A program made the position numbers and the translations under genes. A stretch of DNA of 64,000 nt from Candidatus Bathyarchaeia archaeon. GTDB lineage: Archaea > Thermoproteota > Bathyarchaeia > 40CM-2-53-6. Each line of letters starts with the position of its first letter. Within the stretch, counting starts at the first letter, position 1. Below the pieces are notes generated by a model. The model worked only from the letters and a program-made list of their open reading frames with translations. It did no database searches and was not told where the DNA came from. Where the stretch lies: positions 448,001-512,000 of the forward strand of contig JBEKVV010000003.1 in NCBI GenBank assembly GCA_049513715.1. Direction: 5' to 3'. Shown here one piece after another: positions 1-8,033 of this stretch.

Positions 1-84
1 TTTTGATAGTGTTGAGCATGATACTCGAACTAAACAGTTAAGAACTCGCCGTTGAACTCGAATTTTCATTACAGGCGCATCACG

Positions 85-2061
85 ATGTCGCTTCGAGATA
101 TTCTCCCAACAACGACTATGATATTTCCTGAAAACCGCGCAAAGATAAAGGTCCTCAGCGAGGTTCAAATGAAGAGCCTCAAGGACCCTGATTCTTTCTG
201 GCGAAAAGTCGCGGACGAACTGCACTGGTACGAGAAGAAGGGCCCAGCTTTTGAGACTATGCCGGAGCCCCCCTATGGGCGTTGGTTCCCCAACTGGAAA
301 ACAAACATCTCGTACAACGCACTAGACCGGCACGTCTCAGGCCCGAGGAAGAACAAGGTCGCATATTACTGGGAAGGCGAGGGCGGCGAAAAACGGAAGA
401 TCACTTACAACGAGCTTTACGAGGAGGTCAACAAACTCGCCTCTGCACTCAAGAAACTCGGCGTAAAGAAGGGTGACCGAGTCACAATCTATCTCCCGAT
501 GATACCAGAACTTCCCATCAGCATGCTTGCAACTGTTAGGCTTGGTGCAATTCACTCAGTAATCTTTGCAGGGTTTACGGCGCAATCAGTCGCGGGCAGG
601 ATAAACGACTCGAATTCCAAAGTCGTAATCACAGCCGACGGTTCCTTCAGGAAGGGAAAGACGATTGAACTCAAATCAATCGTGGACGAGGCCATCAAGC
701 AGGCGCCCATTGTTGAAAAAGTCGTTGTTGTGAAACGAACCGGTAGCCCAATAACGATGAATAAGGGACGTGACTTCTGGTACAGCGACATAATCGCGTC
801 TGCAGACAAGTTTGTTCAACCAGAGCCTCTTACGGGCGTTGACCCGAGCTTCATCCTATACACGTCAGGAACCACAGGCAAACCAAAAGGAACGACGCAC
901 AGCACGGGCGGCTACATGACCTTCGCCTACTACACACAGAAAACAGTCTTCGATGTGAAAGAGGACGATGTTTACTGGTGCACTGCAGACATAGGCTGGA
1001 TAACGGGCCACACGTACATCGTTTACGGCCCCCTAGTCGCCGGAGTTACTTCTCTCCTGTACGAGGGCGCGCCAGACTATCCTCAACCCGACCGGTGGTG
1101 GGACTTGGTCGAGAAGTACAAGGTCACAATCATCTACACAAGTCCAACCGCCATCAGAATGCACATGAAATTCGGGGAGAAATATGCCCAGAAACACAAC
1201 CTAACCAGCCTCAGGCTGCTCGGAACAGTTGGGGAGCCAATTAACCCGGAAGCATGGAAGTGGTACTTCAAGTTCATAGGCCACGAGAAAACGCAGATTG
1301 TCGATACATGGTGGCAGACCGAAACGGGCGGAATTCTAATCAGCCCACAACCAGGAATAGCGCCCATTCCATTGAAGCAAGGCTCAGCCACGTTCCCAGT
1401 TGCGGGCGTCGACGCTGACGTTTACACTGAGAACGGCACGCCAGCGAAAGTTGGCGAGAAGGGTTTCATAGTGATCAAGCGGCCGTGGCCAGGCCAATTC
1501 ATGACCTTATGGAACGACGCAGAGAAATTCAAACAGGTCTACTTCACAAGGTTTCCAGGAATCTACTACCCCGGCGACTACGCTGTTAGAGACGACGACG
1601 GGTACTTCTGGCTCCTAGGCCGCGCGGACGAGGTGTTGAAAGTTGCAGGCCACAGAATAGGAACGATAGAGCTTGAAGACAGCCTCATCCAGCACCCTGC
1701 CGTCGCTGAATCAGCAGTAATCGGAAAGTCGGACCCGGTCAAGATGGAAGTGCCCGTGGCGTTCGTTGTACTCAAGTCCGGTTACCAGCCGACCCCAGAA
1801 CTCAAGAAGGAACTCCAAATGCACGTCAGAAACACGATCGGCCCAATTGCCGTTCCGGAAACGGTCTACTTCGTGAGCAAGCTACCAAAGACTCGCAGTG
1901 CGAAAATCATGAGACGTGTTGTCAGAGCCGTTGTGGAAGGCAAACCCCTCGGCGATGTCACCACCATCGAAGACGAAACAAGCGTCCAAGAGATGAAAAA
2001 CGCCTACGGCGAACTGCAGGCCGAAATCGACGCTTCCAAAGCAGCTACAGAAAAGAAGTAG
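85..2061 (+). CDS. acs: Acetyl-CoA synthetase (AMP-forming acetate--CoA ligase)
   Basis: AMP-binding motif YTSGTTGKPKG, plus WWQTETGG, GRADEV and LPKTRSAKIMRR. ATG at 85 preferred over TTG at 52. Confidence 0.95.
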   Translation: MSLRDILPTTTMIFPENRAKIKVLSEVQMKSLKDPDSFWRKVADELHWYEKKGPAFETMPEPPYGRWFPNWKTNISYNALDRHVSGPRKNKVAYYWEGEGGEKRKITYNELYEEVNKLASALKKLGVKKGDRVTIYLPMIPELPISMLATVRLGAIHSVIFAGFTAQSVAGRINDSNSKVVITADGSFRKGKTIELKSIVDEAIKQAPIVEKVVVVKRTGSPITMNKGRDFWYSDIIASADKFVQPEPLTGVDPSFILYTSGTTGKPKGTTHSTGGYMTFAYYTQKTVFDVKEDDVYWCTADIGWITGHTYIVYGPLVAGVTSLLYEGAPDYPQPDRWWDLVEKYKVTIIYTSPTAIRMHMKFGEKYAQKHNLTSLRLLGTVGEPINPEAWKWYFKFIGHEKTQIVDTWWQTETGGILISPQPGIAPIPLKQGSATFPVAGVDADVYTENGTPAKVGEKGFIVIKRPWPGQFMTLWNDAEKFKQVYFTRFPGIYYPGDYAVRDDDGYFWLLGRADEVLKVAGHRIGTIELEDSLIQHPAVAESAVIGKSDPVKMEVPVAFVVLKSGYQPTPELKKELQMHVRNTIGPIAVPETVYFVSKLPKTRSAKIMRRVVRAVVEGKPLGDVTTIEDETSVQEMKNAYGELQAEIDASKAATEKK

Positions 2062-2079
2062 GTTGAAGGGTGAATTGAA

Positions 2080-2649
2080 ATGAGCGTTAAAGCATCGGAA
2101 CTTGCCAACCCCGCGCCATTAGGACTCATGGGCTTCGGAATGACCACAATCCTCCTCAACCTACACAACGCCGGCCTCTTCGGCCTAGGGAGCATGATTC
2201 TGGCCATGGGAATCTTCTATGGTGGAATAGCCCAAGTAATTGCTGGGATAATGGAATTCAGAAAAGGAAACACATTCGGAACCTTAGCATTCACATCCTA
2301 CGGCTTCTTCTGGCTGACGCTGGTCTACTTGATCGTACTTCCAACAGACAAGCCGGCCTTCGCCCCTGACAACGCTTCAATGGCTGCTTACCTGTTCATG
2401 TGGGGGCTTTTCACGTTGATAATGTTCTTCGGCACCCTGAAGACCAACAGGGCACTTCAGTTCGTTTTCCTCTCACTCGCCATACTCTTCTTCCTCCTAG
2501 CTGCAGCCAGGGGAATCCCAGCCCTAGAACCAATTGCTGGCGTCGAAGGCGTCATCTGCGGCTTCAGCGCATTCTACCTCTCACTAGCACAAGTCCTCAA
2601 CGAAGCCCACAAGAAAGTGATCTTGCCAATAGGACCAGTAAACGCCTAA
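2080..2649 (+). CDS. satP: Acetate uptake transporter, SatP/GPR1/FUN34/YaaH family
   Basis: Signature [16 protein letters not shown] and SYGFFW; hydrophobic; directly downstream of acs. Confidence 0.93.
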   Translation: MSVKASELANPAPLGLMGFGMTTILLNLHNAGLFGLGSMILAMGIFYGGIAQVIAGIMEFRKGNTFGTLAFTSYGFFWLTLVYLIVLPTDKPAFAPDNASMAAYLFMWGLFTLIMFFGTLKTNRALQFVFLSLAILFFLLAAARGIPALEPIAGVEGVICGFSAFYLSLAQVLNEAHKKVILPIGPVNA

Positions 2650-2850
2650 CCTGATACTCAAGCAGAGCAGCTTCTCCAACGTGTTGTTTTCTTGCTCCTC
2701 GTTGAAGATGGTTGTGCTCTGAATTCTGGGTTTATTTCACCCATTTCCAGTATTGCAAGGGTGTATATGTAGAAGTATATGCTAAATTTGCATCATAAAT
2801 AAATCATAAGCAATCTATTTTCGAGCATTAAATAATGGAGATGAAGAGTA

Positions 2851-4200
2851 CTGCAAACCCTTACGAAAGAGCAACTTCTAGAGAAAGCCAAGAAACCAGC
2901 ACTCGATGCGATGAAACTCCATCCATTCTACAGGGGAAAGATGGAGATCGTGCCGAAATGCTGCATCCGAGATTTCAATGACTTCGCTATCTGGTACACA
3001 CCTGGTGTCGCAGACCCCTGCAGAGCAATTAACAAAGACCCGAAACTTGTCTACGATTACACGAACAAGTGGAACATGGTCGCAATTGTTACAGACGGCA
3101 CACGTGTCCTAGGCCTCGGAGATATTGGACCAAAGGCTGGCCTTCCAGTCATGGAGGGAAAGTCAATCCTCTTCAAGTACCTTGGAGGAGTAGACGCAGT
3201 TCCCATTTGCTTGGGAACGAAAGACCCTGACGAAATCATATCGGCAGTAAGATGGCTTCAACCATCCTTCGGCGGCGTTAACCTCGAAGACATCGCCCAG
3301 CCTAAGTGCTTCAGAATCCTCGACACCTTAAGGGAGTCAGCTGAAATCCCTGTCTGGCACGATGACCAGCAAGGAACAGCCACAATAGTTCTCTCCGGAC
3401 TCATCAATGCCCTCGAAGTAGTCGGCAAGAAGGCAAGTAATGTCACCGTAGCCATGGTTGGGGCAGGTGCTTCAAACGTCGCGTGCAGTAGGCTCATGTT
3501 CGCATACGGCATCAAACCCGAAAACACATTCATGGTGGACACGAAAGGCATTCTAAACACCGCCCGCAAAGACCTCGAAGCGCGCAAAGCCGAATACGTT
3601 GACAAATGGCGGCTCTGCCAAACAACGAACAAGGAACAACGCTCCGGCGGCATACCAGAGGCCATGAAGGGCGTCGACGTATGCATTGCACTATCCAAAC
3701 CAGGACCTGACACAATCAAGAAAGAGTGGGTGGCAAAAATGGCTGATGATTCAATCGTCTTTGTTTGCGCAAACCCAATCCCAGAAATCTGGCCATGGGA
3801 GGCAAAGGAAGCAGGCGCACGAGTTGTCGCAACCGGAAGATCCGACTTTCCAAACCAAGTCAACAACTCACTCGGTTTCCCAGGAATCTTCCGTGGAGCC
3901 CTTGACGTTCGCGCCCGCACGATAACAGACCCTATGTGCATAGCAGCCGCTAGCGAACTAGCGAAGTGCGCACGAGAAAAAGGATTAAGCGAAGACTCCA
4001 TTGCCCCCACTATGGGTGACTGGGAAGTCTACCCCAGAGAAGCAATGGCAGTAGGCCTCAAAGCTCAAGAAGTCGGCGTAGCCGGACTGAACCTGACCAG
4101 AACTCAACTGCTGGAACAGGCAACTACTATCATCAAGCGATCCCGCGAGATGACCCAGAACTCAATGAAAATGGGCTACATCCCGAAGGCCCCAGATTAG
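2851..4200 (+). CDS. mae: NAD(P)-dependent malic enzyme (no PTA domain)
   Basis: [42 protein letters not shown]. The frame is open 20 codons upstream of ATG 2911 to a CTG at 2851. Confidence 0.9.
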   Translation: MQTLTKEQLLEKAKKPALDAMKLHPFYRGKMEIVPKCCIRDFNDFAIWYTPGVADPCRAINKDPKLVYDYTNKWNMVAIVTDGTRVLGLGDIGPKAGLPVMEGKSILFKYLGGVDAVPICLGTKDPDEIISAVRWLQPSFGGVNLEDIAQPKCFRILDTLRESAEIPVWHDDQQGTATIVLSGLINALEVVGKKASNVTVAMVGAGASNVACSRLMFAYGIKPENTFMVDTKGILNTARKDLEARKAEYVDKWRLCQTTNKEQRSGGIPEAMKGVDVCIALSKPGPDTIKKEWVAKMADDSIVFVCANPIPEIWPWEAKEAGARVVATGRSDFPNQVNNSLGFPGIFRGALDVRARTITDPMCIAAASELAKCAREKGLSEDSIAPTMGDWEVYPREAMAVGLKAQEVGVAGLNLTRTQLLEQATTIIKRSREMTQNSMKMGYIPKAPD

Positions 4201-4207
4201 GAGGGGA

Positions 4208-5146
4208 TTGACAATGGCAATGAAGAAAAACGTTCCCGACAAACAGTACGACCTATTGATAATCGGAGGCGGTCCTGCAGGCCTTACCGCAGCCGCGTAC
4301 GCGATCAGAAAACGCCTAGAGACCATGCTCATCAGCGAAGATCTAGGAGGAAAAACCAACTACCAATTCTCCTTACCCAACACTGAAACGCACAACATCA
4401 TCGACGGTCAAGAGTTAGTGAGCAAGTTCAAGAGTCAACTGGAATACCTCGACTTCGCGCGGCACATAGGCAAAGTCACCAAACTGGAGAAGGCAGCGAA
4501 GAACTTCGTAGCCACAACAGAGGAACAGTCGTTCAAAGCTAAAGCGGCCATAATCGCAACCGGCATTTCTCCCAAACGCCTCAACGTGCCCGGCGAAAAA
4601 GAATTCCTCGGCCACGGAGTCAGTTATTCCACCGTGAGCCACGCACCCATGTTCATTGACAAGGAAGTCGCAGTCATCGGCGACGGACCACATGCTCTTC
4701 AAGCAGCAGCAGAACTAGCACAAATAGCGAAGAAGGTAAATGTAATCGGCGTTCCAAACAAGGACCTCAGCTCCTCATTAGGCAGGAAACTGAAAGAGTC
4801 AGGAAAAACTGAATTCTTCAGCGACTACAAAGTAAAGGAAATTCGAGGCACCGGTGCACCAGAGAAAATTCTTCTAAGATCCAAATCATCGCAAACCGAA
4901 ATATCCGTGAGCGGAGTTTTCGTTGAGCTAGGCTACATTCCCAACACAGCACTCCTCTCGCACATGGTCAAGAAAACCAAGGACGGTAGAATCATCATAA
5001 ACGAAAACAACCAAACAAATATACCAGGTCTGTTCGCTGCTGGCGACGTAACAGACGTGAACGCGCAGCAAGTGGTCATCGCAATCGGCGAGGGCGCCAA
5101 CGCTGCACTAAGCGCGTACAACTATCTACTAACCTTAAGGGCATAA
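4208..5146 (+). CDS. Thioredoxin-reductase-fold FAD oxidoreductase lacking the CxxC centre
   Basis: GGGPAGLTAA, IIATG and TNIPGLFAAGD motifs. GVSYSTVSH occupies the position of GVSYCxxCD. Confidence 0.85.
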   Translation: MTMAMKKNVPDKQYDLLIIGGGPAGLTAAAYAIRKRLETMLISEDLGGKTNYQFSLPNTETHNIIDGQELVSKFKSQLEYLDFARHIGKVTKLEKAAKNFVATTEEQSFKAKAAIIATGISPKRLNVPGEKEFLGHGVSYSTVSHAPMFIDKEVAVIGDGPHALQAAAELAQIAKKVNVIGVPNKDLSSSLGRKLKESGKTEFFSDYKVKEIRGTGAPEKILLRSKSSQTEISVSGVFVELGYIPNTALLSHMVKKTKDGRIIINENNQTNIPGLFAAGDVTDVNAQQVVIAIGEGANAALSAYNYLLTLRA

Positions 5147-5201
5147 TCTAGCAGGCACTTTTCCGTGTCTGCCACACCCTCTGTTTTGTCTGCTGATGAA
5201 G

Positions 5202-6620
5202 TTACGAAGTTAGCCAATTCGAGTGAAATTCACCCGGCCTGTCTATCCGTTCATATCCGTGGGCTCCGAACAGATCTCGCATCGCTTGAATCAAGTTCGC
5301 TGGCAACCGTTCACTTCGATATCCGTCATAATAATCCAATGAAGCAGCGATCGCGGGAACCGGCACAGAAGCATCTTTAGCAATTTTCACGGTATCGCGC
5401 CACCTTTCCTCCAAGCTCATCAATACACCAGAGATTTTGGAATCCATCATTATGTTTTGCAGTCCGCTCTTTGCTTTCAAAGCCTGGTTAATCGAATCCA
5501 AGAGCTTTGCCCGAATGATGCAGCCCCCCTTCCAGATACGCGCAACCTCAGCAAATGGAACTCGGTATTCGTAGGTTTCAGATGCACCTCGCATCAAATG
5601 AAAGCCTTGAGCGTATGACACAACAATTGATGCGCGAACAGCGCCTTCCAATCTCTCCACGAAATTCGCAGGCGCTGAATTAGCCGCCTTAGCCGCTTTC
5701 AATATCTTCGAAGCAATAACACGCTCCTCCTTCAAGGAGGATAAGTTGCGTGCAGCTACGGCTGCGTCGATCGTTGGGGTCGGGATTCCTAGATCCAAGG
5801 CGTTTTGAGATGTCCACTTTCCCGTTCCTTTTTGCTTCGCACGATCAAGAATCAGTGAAACCAAAGGGCGCTTGGTTTCCTCGTCATATTTCTTCAGAAC
5901 TTCAGCGCCGATCTGCATAAGAAACGAGTTGAGCTCGCTATTGTTCCATTCGCTGAAGACCTGTTGAACCTGTTCAACACTGAGCCCGGCGGCTCGGATC
6001 AGAAGGTCGTAGGCTTCCGCGATTATCTGCATGATTGCGTACTCGATTCCGTTGTGAACCATTTTCACGTAGTGTCCTGCGCCTCGTGGTCCAAGGAGTT
6101 GGCAGCACGGTCCATCGACTTGGGCTGCGATTCGGGCTAGCATCTGACTGACTTGCTCATAGCCTTCCCTTGATCCCCCCGCCATGATACATGGCCCTTT
6201 GAGGGCTCCCTCCTCACCGCCGCTAACGCCAACTCCCAGGTAGTGAACACCTTGCTTTGCGAGCTCGCTGCATCGCCTTTCAGTGTCCTGGAAAAACGAA
6301 TTCCCTCCATCCATAACCACATCTCCCCTTGAAAGGAGGTTCGAGAAGCTAGCTATGGTTGCGTCCACCGCGGACCCCGCAGCAACCATGAGGAAAATCT
6401 TTCGCGGGCGTTCAAGGGATTTGATGAAATCTGGGACGCTGTATGTTCCCGAGAATTCGGGATACTTGCTCACAAAGTCCTTCGTTTTCTGCTCGGTTCT
6501 GTTGTATACGGCGACGGAGTATCCATGGTTGTTGAAATTCAGGGCCAAGTTCTGCCCCATCACTCCCAACCCAACTAGGCCCACGTTTTTGTCGCGCAAT
6601 TCTGTCAACCCGGATGTCAT
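5202..6620 (-). CDS. gnd: 6-phosphogluconate dehydrogenase, decarboxylating (long form)
   Basis: GLGVMG, VSGGEEGA, KMVHNGIEY, QKGTGKW, QAMRDLFGAHGY. Start uncertain (6620-6641). Confidence 0.95.
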   Translation of the reverse strand: MTSGLTELRDKNVGLVGLGVMGQNLALNFNNHGYSVAVYNRTEQKTKDFVSKYPEFSGTYSVPDFIKSLERPRKIFLMVAAGSAVDATIASFSNLLSRGDVVMDGGNSFFQDTERRCSELAKQGVHYLGVGVSGGEEGALKGPCIMAGGSREGYEQVSQMLARIAAQVDGPCCQLLGPRGAGHYVKMVHNGIEYAIMQIIAEAYDLLIRAAGLSVEQVQQVFSEWNNSELNSFLMQIGAEVLKKYDEETKRPLVSLILDRAKQKGTGKWTSQNALDLGIPTPTIDAAVAARNLSSLKEERVIASKILKAAKAANSAPANFVERLEGAVRASIVVSYAQGFHLMRGASETYEYRVPFAEVARIWKGGCIIRAKLLDSINQALKAKSGLQNIMMDSKISGVLMSLEERWRDTVKIAKDASVPVPAIAASLDYYDGYRSERLPANLIQAMRDLFGAHGYERIDRPGEFHSNWLTS

Positions 6621-6714
6621 TATGTTGGGCCGGAGCCTCAAAAAGTCGTATGCTGCGGCGTGCTCTGTAACTTTGGGTATTGAAAACCTAGATCAGGCTG
6701 TGTGGGTGCCCGCC

Positions 6715-7881
6715 TTACTTTGACCGCCTACTGCGTCGGTTCCTCGCGGACGGAGTGCGCTTTCGAGTCTTCTTCTGTTGCGCTTTCTGTGCGGGGGAAG
6801 TCACTTTTTGAGGAATGTCGCCCCGTGGCCGAAGACCCTTGCGCGCCATGACGTATGCTACGGCGGCGAGGATCATGATCCCGACCAGAATTGCTATTGG
6901 AAGAGTGTAGTCTGCCTGCCATTGCGCCGTTAGTGTGTGGGGGTGGTCCATTGTAACTGCGCCAGCAATTGATGAGGTTACGAGTTTTCCGTTCTCATAC
7001 CAACCCTGGAACTGCAGTTTGCCACCAAGTAACCCAAGAAACCCGCCCATGGGCTCAGTCGGTGCAACCGCGAATGCTGCAGCGGAACCAGAATCGTACC
7101 ACCCTTCCCCGGTTGCTTCCGACTGGGGACCAGTAATTGTCAATTGGTACTGTTCAACATAGAATGCTTGAATCATAGTATCTGACTCAATCGTTGCCGT
7201 CATGTTCGGTTTGGTTGTTCCATCACTCCAATGATCGAACTTCAACCTCGTCGCGTTGTCCACATTAACAAACGCTGGCACTGTGATGTTGTGTTCTCCC
7301 CCTGTCGTTACGATTTTTGCGGTTCCAAGAGGTTGTTGTACGCCATCAACCAAAGCAGGTACTTGGGGTGGAACAACTACCGTTAACGTTAATCCAGTGA
7401 TAGTGATTGAGAGATTGACTGTGCTCACCGATTTCTGAATCAGGTTATTCTTAGAATCGAATACTGCCGCGGTCATGTTGAGATTCCATGCCCCCGGGTT
7501 GATTTGGGGCTGGTCAGCCAGTATACCCCCGACTTTGAACTCGAGCTGCTCCTGGCCAGAGCGTGATGAAGGGTTGATGTCGCAACTTGCCATCAGAACT
7601 GGCTGGTTGAAGCATGGGTCAGATTGAGAAGTTGCGATTCCAGCTACAATCGACTGCGGAACTTTGCCCGCATCGAGCACTGCGACCACTAAGGTAGAAT
7701 CGGGAGGTACATCTTGGTAGGATACTGTGGCCTTCACTGATAATGGGGTGAGGCTGCCTGCGACGATGGTCGAATCGTAAGTGAGGTCGGTTATGCTTGT
7801 GGTCTGCGCGTAGGCATGAGGAAGCGCTAGGGTGAGCGGGAGGAATAGGAGGCAAATTAGCAGAACCTTTGCTGATCTCAA
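6715..7881 (-). CDS. Membrane-anchored extracellular protein
   Basis: N-terminal signal peptide, beta-rich body with a GEGWYDSGS-type surface repeat, C-terminal TM helix and a very basic tail. Confidence 0.75.
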   Translation of the reverse strand: MRSAKVLLICLLFLPLTLALPHAYAQTTSITDLTYDSTIVAGSLTPLSVKATVSYQDVPPDSTLVVAVLDAGKVPQSIVAGIATSQSDPCFNQPVLMASCDINPSSRSGQEQLEFKVGGILADQPQINPGAWNLNMTAAVFDSKNNLIQKSVSTVNLSITITGLTLTVVVPPQVPALVDGVQQPLGTAKIVTTGGEHNITVPAFVNVDNATRLKFDHWSDGTTKPNMTATIESDTMIQAFYVEQYQLTITGPQSEATGEGWYDSGSAAAFAVAPTEPMGGFLGLLGGKLQFQGWYENGKLVTSSIAGAVTMDHPHTLTAQWQADYTLPIAILVGIMILAAVAYVMARKGLRPRGDIPQKVTSPAQKAQQKKTRKRTPSARNRRSRRSK

Positions 7882-8033
7882 GCCTGGTCCATCGAACCAA
7901 CCAGGTAATGCAACAAAAGAGTTGCGGAAAGACGCTGCACTGCGCTCTCAGGAGCGTTTCCCGCGGGACCAGAGGGTTCTCGGTACCTGTTGCTCCTGTG
8001 TGCTGTTTCGGCTTTTCTGTCGAGATTTGGTTT

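Noticed and set aside
1882..1917. Acs motif reads PKTRSAK rather than PKTRSGK
   Set aside because: Single conservative change with the catalytic Lys retained; too weak to interpret.
3258..4010. 250-aa antisense ORF
   Set aside because: Shadow of the malic enzyme gene; no motifs.
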